Origin: an uncultured Gemmatimonadales bacterium
Lineage (GTDB): Bacteria; Gemmatimonadota; Gemmatimonadetes; Longimicrobiales; Gaopeijiaceae
Assembly: GCA_963823035.1 (NCBI GenBank)
Contig: CAWGKG010000020.1
Location: 64,001-128,000 of the forward strand
Length of the DNA stretch: 64,000 nt
Reading direction: 5' to 3'
Positions 44,174 to 54,367 of the stretch are shown here, piece by piece (the stretch's first letter is position 1; each line of letters opens with the position of its first letter). The translations under genes and the position numbers were made by a program. The notes under the pieces are model-generated. The model was not told where the DNA came from, made no database searches, and saw only the letters and a list, made by a program, of their open reading frames with translations.

Positions 44174-46852
44174 CTACTCCTCTCGCAACGCCCGGGTGGG
44201 CGCGATGCGGGTGGCGCGGAGCGCCGGGAGCCAGCTCGCCAGGCCGCCGACGACCAGAAGGGCCACCGGCAGGAGGACGAAGGTGGACGGGTCGCGCGGC
44301 GCCACGTCGTAGAGCATCGCGCTCACGAGGCGGGTGGCGAACCAGGCACCGAGCAGCCCCGCGGCGATGCCGAGCAGCAGCGGCCGCGCCCCCTCGGCGA
44401 GGATCATGCGCACGACCGACGCCGGGCGCGCGCCGAGCGCGACACGGATGCCGATCTCGCGCGTCCGTCCGGCCACCGAGTAGGAGATGACGCCGTAGAG
44501 GCCCACCGCGGCCAGCACGAGTGCGAGCGCGGCGAAGGCTCCCAGGAGGTTCGTGGTGAGGCGCGGCCGGGCCATCGTGCCGGCGACGGCGTCCTCCATC
44601 GTCTGGAGCCCGGTAGAGGGGAAGGTCCGGGTCGAAGTCGCGGACGGCTTCGCGTACCCCGGCGACCAGGGCCAGCGGGTCACTGCCGGTCCTGACGGCC
44701 AGGCGCAGGGTGCGATGCCAGTAGTAGGCGGATGCGCCCGCCTGCGCCGCGGGGATCCAGGCGAAGGGATAGGGGTCCTCGGCCAGGCTGGTTCGCACCG
44801 GATCGCGCGCCACACCCACGACGGTGATCCAGCGGGTCTCGCCGCCATCGCGGCCATAGCCCCACCGCTTTCCGATCGCGCTCTGGCCCGGCCAGTACGT
44901 GGAGGCCATCGACTCGCTCACGACGCCCACGAAGGGTGCGTCCTCCGTGTCGCCGCGCTCGACACCCCGACCGGCGAGGAGGGGGATGCCCAGCGTCTCG
45001 AAGAAGCCCGGGGTGACGGCCGCGATGCCGGCGTTCCAGGCCCGGTCGCCCTCACCGCGAGGGGGGCGGTCGTCGAGCTGGAAGTCCCACTGCGACCACC
45101 CCCGCCGACGAAGGGAAGGGTGCTGCCGGCGGCGACGGCGCCCACCCCGGGTGCGGCGCCCACGCGCTCGATGAGTGCGTCGAACGCCTGGGGGCATGGT
45201 CTCGTCGTTCGGGATAGGACGGAGGTGGGCAGGGTGATCGAGAAGACCAGGAGGTCGGCGGTGTCGAGACCGCGGTCGGTGCGGTCGAGCGCCACGTAGC
45301 TCTTCACGAGCAGCCCGGCCACCAGGACCACCACGAGGCTGAGCGCCACCTCGCCGGTCACGAGCCCACGGCGGAGCAGGCCGCTCCCGTGCTTGCGCCC
45401 CACCGCGGCCGGAAGAGGCGGTCTGTGACAGAGCGCGCCGGCCGGCCAGCAGGCTGGGCGCGATCCCGAAGAGCGCCGCGGTGAGGAAGGCCACGCCCAC
45501 CGTGAAGAGGAGGACGCCCCGGTCCATTCCCACCAGCGTCGAGGCGCGGCAACGCGGTCGGCGCCATACGCGATCATCGCCTGCGTGCCGACCTGGGCGA
45601 GGATGAGGCCCAGTACCGAGGAGATGCCCGGAGAGCACGAGGCTCTCGGTGAGCAGCTGACGCGTGATGCCGGCTCCGTCCGGCCCCGAGCGCCGTGCGG
45701 ACGGCGACCTCGCCCTGTCGGCGCTCCGCCGCGCGCGAGGAGGAGGTTGGCCACGTTCGCGCACGCGACGAGAAGGACGAGGCCGACCGCGGACAGGAGC
45801 ACGAGGAGCGTGCGGGGGGCGTCGCCGACGGCGGCGTGCATGGCTCCCTCCGCCCAGACGAAGTGTCCCACGTTGTGCTCGTATTCGGCCGCCCAGCGCG
45901 CCTTCGAGCACGGCGAGCTCGGCGTCGGCGTCGGCGAGGGTCTTCCCGGGCGCGAGCCGGCCGATGCCGTAGATCCCGTGTGCCGCACGGCCTCCCTCGT
46001 TGCTGCGGTCCCGCCTCATCGGGCAGCCAGGCCTTCGTGTCTTCCGGGGAAGCCGAAGCCACGCGGCATCACGCCTACGACCTCGGTGGGCACGCCGTTC
46101 ATCTCGATCGTGCGCCCGACCAGCGTGGAGTCGGCGCCGTAGCGGGAGGTCCACAGGTCCCAGCTCAGCATCGTCACGCCCGGCCCGTCCGGGGCGTCCT
46201 CCTCGGGCGTGAAGGCGCGGCCGATCCACGGCCGCACGCCGAGCAGCGGGATGACCTCGTCGCTGACGAACGTCACGGATACGCGCTCGGCATCCAGGCC
46301 GTCGCCGGTGAGGGCGCGCGAGCCGCCGGGCTGATAGGCCCCCACGCGACGGAACGCTTGCGTGGACTCCTGGATGTCGAAGAACTCCGGACCGGAGAGC
46401 GCGAACTTCGGGATGTCGAAGCCCGAGGGTGGGAGATAGCGCGTCCAGAGCATCACGCAGCTCATCGGGCCGCTCGAAGGGGAGTGGGCGGAGAAGCACG
46501 CCGTTCACCACGCTGAACACGGCCGTGCTGGCGCCGATCGCGAGCGCCAGGGTGAGGATCGCCACCGCCGCGAAGGACGGCTCCTGCGGAGCTGCCGGAG
46601 CGCGAAGCCCAGGTCCTGCACCGTCTCCTCCCACCACCGTCTGCGTTCCATCCGCCCGTCCCTCCTCTTCCCCTCGGTGCGCATGCGGGCCTTCACCCGC
46701 TCGACGTCACCCAGGCGACGCATCGCTTCGGCTCGGGCCTCCTCCTCGCCCATCCCCTCCGCCACCAGCTCCCGCACGCGCATCTCGAGATGGAAGGCGA
46801 TCTCCTCCTCGACCTCGCGCTCGACGGGCGGGCGCCGCAGCCGGTCGTCCAT
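44174..46852 (-). CDS. ADOP-like orphan permease #3, prefix type B; multiple frameshifts
   Basis: [16 protein letters not shown] prefix, [66 protein letters not shown]. Confidence 0.88.
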
Positions 46853-46860
46853 GCCCAGCC

Positions 46861-47195
46861 TCAGCTCGGCTTCAGCACCGACGTCACGGCGGTGCTGAAG
46901 CGCATCCACTCGGCGGTCTCCGCCTGGAGTGCGCGCGGCCCTGCGCCGTCAGGTGGTAGAACTTCGCGCGACGCTCCAGCTCGGAGACGCCCCACGCGGC
47001 GCGCAGCATCCCCTTCTTCTCGAGGCGGTAGAGCGCCGGGTAGAGCGAGCCCTCCTCGACGGCGATGGCCTCACCGGTGCGCTCCTCGATCCAGCGGGCG
47101 ATGGCGTAGCCGTGGCGCGGCCCGTGGGAGAGCGTCTTGAGGATGAGCGTGTCGAGCGTCCCGTGCAGAAGCTTCTGGCGAACCTTCGTTCCCAC
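46861..47195 (-). CDS. PadR-family regulator #3 (acidobacterial type); frameshift near 46930
   Basis: LLHGTLDTLILKTL...HGYAIARWI...EEGSLYPALYRLE...RRAKFYHLT; GAGGAG RBS. Confidence 0.9.
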
Positions 47196-47253
47196 GGACG
47201 GCTCCTCGACGCCGAAGGCCTGGATCTCTGGGCAACGAGAGGATAGCCCTCCG

Positions 47254-47274
47254 TTGCCTAGAGAGTCAAGGCAA
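47254..47274. promoter_or_regulatory. Candidate PadR #3 operator
   Basis: TTGCCTAGA-GAG-TCAAGGCAA inverted repeat (1 mismatch). Confidence 0.6.
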
Positions 47275-47280
47275 TCGTCA

Positions 47281-49958
47281 TCAGTCGCTCCGGAGCGCGG
47301 TCGCGGGAGGGATGCGCGACGCCCGCCGCGCGGGGAGGAACGTCGCCGCGAGCACCACCGCCGCCAGGATCGCGGTGACCGCCACGATCGTGACCGGGTC
47401 CTGCGGCTCGATGCCGTAGAGGAGGCTGTCGCATGCGCGCGAGCGCCCAGGAGCGCGGCCACCAGCCCGCCCGCAACACCGAGGGCGGCGGGCACGACGC
47501 CGTCCAGCAGCGCCATGCGCACGACCGCGCCGCCGCGGGCGCCGAGCGCCACGCGGATGCCGATCTCGCGCGTGCGGCGGCTCACCGAGTAGGCGACCAC
47601 GCCGTAGAGGCCGATCGCCGCGAGGATGAGGGCGAGCACCGAGAAGGAGCCGATCAGGGTGAGGTAGAAGCGCGTGGGTGCGGCCTGGCGCGCGACGGCG
47701 TCTTCGATGCGCTCGACGTTGGTGATGGCGAGCGTCGGGGTCCATCTCCTTCAGGACGGCACGCGCGGCCGGGAGCGCGGTGCGTGCGCCCGGGCGCGAG
47801 CTTCATCGTCACGTACATCACCTCGATCCCGAACTGGGCGTTCGGGACGTAGGCCGTGGGGTCGTCCGGCTCGGTGGCGCTGTGCGAGCGCGCGTTGCCC
47901 ACCACGCCCACGATCGTGCGCTCGGGGTCGTCGTCGAAGCCGATGGCGATGTCGATCTTGATGCGTCGCCCGAGGGGGTCGACGTCGGGATAGTAGCGGT
48001 CGGCGGCCGCCTGGTTGATGACGGCCACGCCCTCGGCGTCCCGGCGGTCGGCGTCCTCGAACCATCGCCCACGCACGAGCGGGAGGCCGATCGCCTCGCG
48101 GTAGCCCGGGCGTCGCGGGACGCACCGCGAGGTCCGGAAGGTCGGCCGGGGCCACCGGCGGACGGTCCAGCAGCGCGGTGGTCGGCGTCGAAGCTTCCGG
48201 CACCCAGAGGCACGCCGAACGCCCGAGCCCGCGCGCGTCCACCTCGGGCAGCGCGGCGACGCGCTGCTCGAGCTCGTCGAAGAAGCGGATCGCGGCGTCG
48301 GACGTCGTAGCGGGTCTCCGGCAGCGAGACGCGGAAGCGCTCGACGCGCTCGGTGGAGAAGCCGAGGTCCTGCGTGGCGATGCTCCGCAGCGTGCCGAAC
48401 ATGAGCCCCGCGCCCAGGAGGAGCATCAGGGAGAGCGCGACCTCGGCGGAGAGGAGGAAGGAGCGGGACAGCCCGGAGCGCCGGCCGCCCGCGGTGCGCC
48501 GGTTGCTGCCCATCGCCTCGCTCAGAGGGACGGCGTGCGAGCCGGAGCGCCGGGACGAGGCCGAAGAACGCGGTGACCGCGAGGACGACGAGGAGCGCGA
48601 AGCCGAGCGACCCTCGCGTCGACGCCGACCGCGTCCAGGCGCGGGATGCCCGCCGGCGCGGCGGCCACCATCAGCGAGACGCCCCACGCGGCGAGCCCGA
48701 CGCCGAGCACGCCGCCGACCGACCGAGAGGAGGAGGCTCTCGGTGAGGAGCTGGCGGACGATGCGCACGCGCGGAGCGCCGAGCGTGGCGCGCAGCGCGA
48801 CCTCGCCGACGCGCTCGGAGGCGCGCACGAGGAGGAGGTTGGCCACGTTCGCGCAGGCGATCAGGAGCACCATCGTCACCGAGCCCATCAGCACCCAGAG
48901 GGCGGTCCGCACGTCGGCGACCTGCGTGTCCAGCAGCGGCTCGAAGCGGGTTACGACGTCGCGATGCGAGTCGGGGAACGCCTCGGAGAGCTGGGCGGAC
49001 GCCGCGTCCATGCGGGTCGCGACCTGCTCCAGGCGTGGCGCCGGCCTCGATGCGTCGCGATCGCCGCGCATGATGCGGCAGCCGTGCCCGCATGTCCGCG
49101 GGTCGCTGTTGGCGCGGCATCCACATGTCGACGCCGTCCGGGATAGTCGAAGCCCTCCGGCGCGACGCCCACGATCTCCCACCGCTCGCCGCCGAGCGTC
49201 AGCGTCCGGCCGATCGCCGCCGCGTCCCCCGAGAGCGGGCTCTGCCAGAAGGCGTACGAGACGACAGCGACGTTCGGGCCCGCCCGCGCACGTCGTCCTC
49301 CGCGGTGACGTCCCGCCCGAGCGCCGGCTCGAGACCGAAGACCGCCAGGAGACCGTTCGTGACGCCGGCGCCGATCACCACCTCGGGCTCGCCCATGCCC
49401 GTGAGCGTGGGCCGGCTGGTCGCGTAGCCGGCCACCTGCAGCCCGGGCACCTCCTCCTGCCAGTAGCGCACGTCCGGGTGGTCGATGCCCCGCGAGCGGC
49501 TCCGTCCCGGGTGTCCACCTGCTGGAGCACCACGAGCCGGTCGGGCTGCGGGTAGGGGAGCGGCTCGAGCAGCACCCCGTTCACCACGCTGAAGATCGCC
49601 ACCACCGCGCCGATGCCGAGCGCGAGCGTGCCGACCGCGGCCGCCGCGAAGCCCGGCCGCCGCAGCAGGCTACGCGCTCCGAACCTCAGATCCTGGATCC
49701 ACCCGTCCATGCTCGTCCCCTCCCGTAGGATCGTTCCCCGCTTCTGTCGAGCGCCACGCGCGCCCCACTCCCGTGCCGCGTGCACCAGCGCGTCCATCGT
49801 CGCCTCGGCGCGCAGGCGCAGCTCGGCGCCTCGCCGTCCGCGCACCTCCGCGCACCGGTCCGCGTAGAGGCGGACCATCTCCTCCCCGTAGTCGCTCGCG
49901 GAACGCGCGAGGGAAGAGGCGGAGCAGCCTCCGGTAGAAGCGGGCGTCGGACGGTCAT
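47281..49958 (-). CDS. ADOP-like orphan permease #4, prefix type A; multiple frameshifts
   Basis: FYRRLLRLF...[10 protein letters not shown] prefix (across frames), [57 protein letters not shown]. Confidence 0.88.
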
Positions 49959-49961
49959 GCG

Positions 49962-50306
49962 TCAGCCCAGCAGGTCGCGCGCGCCGGCCAGCAGCCCCTC
50001 CAGGCGCAGCGCCTCGGCGCGCGCCACGGCTTCACCCAGCCGGCTGATGCGGAAGTAGCGGCGGCGCTCGTCCTCGCCCTCGCCCAGCCCCTCCGTCTCC
50101 TCGATCAGCCCCTGCTCGGAGAGCGTGCGGATGCGCCGATAGAGGTTGGCGGGGAGCACGCGGCCCGGCCGGCCGGGATCACGCTCCAGCTCCTTCACGA
50201 TGGCGTAGCCGTGCAGCTCCCGGCCGCGCAGGACCAGGAGGATGCGGAAGGCCTCCGGATGGAGGGGAAGGTGGCGCTCGACGTCGACGTGCGGGTCGGG
50301 GCTCAT
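49962..50306 (-). CDS. PadR-family regulator #4
   Basis: [14 protein letters not shown]...[10 protein letters not shown]...PANLYRRI...ERRRYFRIS. Confidence 0.9.
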   Translation of the reverse strand: MSPDPHVDVERHLPLHPEAFRILLVLRGRELHGYAIVKELERDPGRPGRVLPANLYRRIRTLSEQGLIEETEGLGEGEDERRRYFRISRLGEAVARAEALRLEGLLAGARDLLG

Positions 50307-50354
50307 GCCGGCTCCGGTGGGAGTGGGGTACGCCCCGGCGGCGAGCCGGGCGCA

Positions 50355-50390
50355 TGGTGTCGGTCTGACACTAATGTCGATCCGACACTA
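50355..50390. promoter_or_regulatory. Candidate PadR #4 operators (two overlapping palindromes)
   Basis: TGGTGTC-GGTCT-GACACTA and TAATGTC-GATCC-GACACTA at a 17-bp period. Confidence 0.7.
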
Positions 50391-50430
50391 ATCGCCGAGC
50401 GGCCCGGGTCAACTCCGGGGCCGCGGCGGC

Positions 50431-53400
50431 TCAGGTCGCGTCGGCTCCGTCCTCGGCCAACACGCGGTCGAGCGTCTCCACGAGGCGGGTGGCGTCGGCG
50501 CGCGAGAAGGGAAGGGGCGGCTTGATCTTCACGACGTTGTCGTCGGGACCGTCGGTGGAGAGGAGGATGCCGTGGTCCTTCATCCGACCCACGACGTAGC
50601 GGGCGATCCCCGCGGCCGGCGTGCGCGCGTCCGGATCGGAGACCATCTCGACGCCGAGGAAGAGGCCGCGCCCGCGCACGTCGCCCACGGCCGCGGTGGC
50701 GCTCGGCCACGGTGCCGAGGGCGCGCAGGAGCGGGTGCCCACGTCGAGCGCGTGCGCCTGGAGCTCCTCGTCGCGCAGCACGTCGAGGACCGCGAGGCCG
50801 ATGGCCGCGGAGACCGGATTGCCCCCGAAGGTCGAGAAGAACTCCATCCCGTTGGCGAAGCGCTCGCGCGACCTCGCGCGACGTGACCACCGCGCCCATC
50901 GGGTGGCCGTTTCCGATGGGCTTGCCCAGCGTGACGATGTCGGGGACGACGCCCTGCGTCTCGAAGCCCCACATGTGCGATGCCGACGCGCCCGAAGCCC
51001 ACCTGCACCTCGTCGGCGATGCACAGCGCTCCCGCGGAGCGCGCGTGCGCGTAGGCCGCGGCCAGGTAGCCCGGCGGGAGCTCGACCTGGCCGCCGCACG
51101 AGAGGAGCGGCTCGCACAGGAAGGCCGCCGGCGCGAAGCCCGCCGCCGCGAGGTCGGCGAAGGCGCTCGCCGACGTGCGCCGCGTACTTCGCGGCGCGCT
51201 CCGGGTCGTCCCGGCGATGGAGCCCGCGGTAGTCCTCGGGCATCGCGGCCGCGCGCACCTGATCGGGCGGGCCCGGATCCCCCCTTCCGCGCGAACTTGT
51301 AGTGGCTGACGTCGATCGCGCCCCTGCGTGTTGCCGTGGTAGGCGCCCTCGAGCGCCACCACGCCCCGCCCGCCGGTGCAGGTGCGCGCGATGCGCAGCG
51401 CGAGCTCGTTCGCCTCGCTCCCGGAGTTCACGAAGAAGCAGACGGACAGCGGGTCGGGGAAGAGCGCGCCCAGCCGCTCGGCGTAGTCGAGCACGGTCTC
51501 GTGCAGGTAGCGCGTGTTGGTGTTGAGCACGGCCATCTGGCGGCGGCCCGCCTCGACCACGCGCGGGTGCTCGTGGCCGACGTGCGCGACGTTGTTCACG
51601 CCGTCCAGGTAGGCGCGGCCCCATGACGTCGTAGAGGTGGGTGCCCATCCCACGCACCACGTGGATCGGCTCCCGGTAGGACAGGCTCAGGCTGGGCGCG
51701 AGCAGACGGGCCCGGCGCTCTGTCGAGGTCCGCCGGCGGCGTCCAGGTCGTGTCGTGCGGGAGTCGGAGGAGGAGGTTCGGGTCCGGCGAGAAGGCCGCC
51801 CACACCTCGAGCTCCCGGGGCGCGGCCACGCCCGGGAAGTCGTGCTCGAAGCCGAGGAGGTCGGTCACGATCTGGAAGTGCAGGTGCGGCGGCCAGTCGC
51901 CGTTCTCGGGGTACGGACCGATCCGCGCGAACGCCGTGCCGGCCGCCACGCGGTCGCCCGCGGCCAGCTCCGCGACGGAGCTGCGCTCCAGGTGACCGTA
52001 CAGCGTCCAGAAGGGGCCGTCCGGACCCTCGTGCTCGAGGATCACGGTGGGCCCGTAGTCGAGGCGGCCGGCGTTCTCGTGCACGCTGCGGACCCTCGCG
52101 TCGAGCGGCGCGCGCACCCACGAGCCCGCGGGCGCGAAGAGGTCGATGCCCAGGTGCACGGTACGGCGCTCGGGCATCTCCGCCGGCCGCCCCGCGAAGG
52201 CGTCGGTCAGGTAGAAGCCGCGCGGCTCGCGGTAGCGGCCGACGCCGAGGCTCGCGCCGCGCCGCGTCATCTCCTCGAAGACCCGGCGGCTGAAGGCGTG
52301 GGTGTCGTCGGTGTCGCGTCCGGTGAGGAGCGTGCTTCCGACGCTCAGGTCGAGCACCGCGATGCGGGCCGGGTCCGTGGGCACGTCCATCACGGACTCG
52401 ACGCGCTGATCGGGAAGCCACGCGCCGAGGGCGTGCGCCCGCGGCGACGGGTCGAGGCCGCACGCGGTGCGCAGGACCGCGGCCGCGAGCCGCGGATGGA
52501 CGCCGGCCGTGGCCTCGAGGAGCCGCCACGCGGGGGCCTCGGACACGATGAGGTACGCGTCGGGCTCCGAGGCCCCGCTCCGGCGCGACGCCGAGATCGT
52601 CACGGACGCGCCGAGGCGGGCCCGCACGAGCGGGAAGAGCGCGTCCAGCTCGGCGGCCGGTAGCGGCCGCGCGGCGTGGTAGCCGGCCGCCACGCGTGCC
52701 GCTGCGGCGAGCGGATCGGGTGCGTCGAGGATCGCGTACGCGACCGCGATCGCCAGATCGAACACCGGCGGAGCGACGTGGGCGTCTCCGAAATCGAGGA
52801 TGCCCGAGACACGTCCACCCTCGTCCACGAGGAGGTTGTGGTCGTTCAGGTCGCCGTGCACGAGCCGCGCGGGCGACCCGGCGAGCGCGCCCCGGGCCGC
52901 ACGGAAGTCGGCGAGCACGCCGGCCAGGAGCGCGCGGCGGTCCGGCTCGTGCAGCGTGAGCCCCGACTCCATGACGGCGGCGGCGTTCGCCAGCGACCAG
53001 ACGAAGTCGTCCCGCGGCGGCGGCTCCTCCGGGTAGTCCGCGAGGCGCAGCGGCGAGGGCGGCGGTGCGCCGCCCGACGTCCTCGAGGGTGGCCGCGAAG
53101 CGCGGCCGCACGTCGGCGAGCACGCGGCCGGGGAGGTACTGGAGGACGCGGATCCGCCAGAGGGGGCCGCCGTCGGACGGCCAGTGGAGGATCGACTTCC
53201 CACCCACGGTCGCGCGGAGGGCGGGGACGGGAAGGCCGTCGGCGCCGCGCCAGCCAGCCGAGCAGCCGCGACTCGAACTCCAGTTGGGCCTCGGGGCTCC
53301 TCGGGCGACGATACCTTCGCGACCCACCGCTCGCCGTACTCCGTCTCGAGAAGGAAGTTCGCGTCCCGCTCGCCGGGGAGGGCGACGAAGCGCGCCCTGG

Positions 53401-53474
53401 AGGCCGAAGCCTCGCTCCACGGCCTCCGCCACGGTGGCGGCATCGATGTCGGGTCGCTGCTGCGTGCGGATCAT
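50431..53474 (-). CDS. Fusion of APH-like (hydroxylysine kinase-like) phosphotransferase, M23 peptidase domain and class III aminotransferase/phospho-lyase; multiple frameshifts
   Basis: [95 protein letters not shown]. Confidence 0.87.
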
Positions 53475-53568
53475 CGCCTCGGTCGCTAATCTGGTGGGCC
53501 GTAAAATGCCTGGGGCGCCCTTCGCGGAGCCAGCCCGAGGCCGAGGAACCCGTGATGGAGCCCCTCCC

Positions 53569-54339
53569 ATGTATCGATTCGTCGTCCGCCGCCTTCGCCC
53601 TTCCTCGCTGCTCCTCCCGCTCGTTGCCGGGCTCACGATGCTGCCGGCGACGCGCGTCGCGGCGCAGATCCCCGACGAGTACACGAACCTCGAGGTCCTG
53701 CCGAAGGACATCACCCGCGAGCGACTCACCGGCGTCATGCGCGGCTTCACCGAAGCGCTGGGCGTGCGTTGCTCCACCTGCCACGTTGGCGAGGAGGGGC
53801 TCCCGCTCGCCACCTACGACTTCGCCTCCGACGACAAGCCGGCCAAGCTCAAGGCGCGCGAGATGCTCAAGATGGTGCGGGCCATCAACGCGGACTACCT
53901 GGCCAACCTCCCGCAGCGCCGCGAGCCCAACGTGGCCGTGACGTGCTCCACCTGCCACCGCGGCGTGTCCCGGCCGGAGCCCATCGAGTCGATCGTCGAG
54001 AACACGATGAAGGGCGAGGACCTGGACTTCGCGCTCCAGAAGTACCGCGAGCTCCGGGACAAGTACTACGGCTCCGCGGCGTACGACTTCACGGACGGGC
54101 CGCTGGCGCGTCTGGGTCAGCGGCTCGCGGCGGACGACGCGGCGGCGGCGAAGAAGATCCTGGAGGTGAACCTCGAGTTCAATCCCGAGTCCGCGGCGAG
54201 CCTCGATGTCCTGGGCGGCATCGCCGAGCGCGAGGGCGACAACGCCGCGGCGATCGGCTACTACAAGAAGGCGCTGGCGATCAACCCGGAGGACCGCCGG
54301 GCGCAGCAGCGCCTGAACGCGCTCGGCGGCGGCGCATAG
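53569..54339 (+). CDS. Exported diheme c-type cytochrome with C-terminal TPR
   Basis: Signal peptide; NLEVLP, two CSTCH motifs, AREMLKMVRAIN; AIGYYKKALAINP TPR. Confidence 0.85.
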   Translation: MYRFVVRRLRPSSLLLPLVAGLTMLPATRVAAQIPDEYTNLEVLPKDITRERLTGVMRGFTEALGVRCSTCHVGEEGLPLATYDFASDDKPAKLKAREMLKMVRAINADYLANLPQRREPNVAVTCSTCHRGVSRPEPIESIVENTMKGEDLDFALQKYRELRDKYYGSAAYDFTDGPLARLGQRLAADDAAAAKKILEVNLEFNPESAASLDVLGGIAEREGDNAAAIGYYKKALAINPEDRRAQQRLNALGGGA

Positions 54340-54367
54340 GCCGCCGCCGAGCGGAGCGCCCTTCGCG

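Noticed and set aside
50355..50390. Mini CRISPR or iteron repeats
   Set aside because: Only two overlapping palindromic units, no spacers and no cas or rep genes; better explained as operators.
53569..54339. pufC as evidence of phototrophy
   Set aside because: Only two heme motifs plus TPR, and no puf/bch genes in the window.
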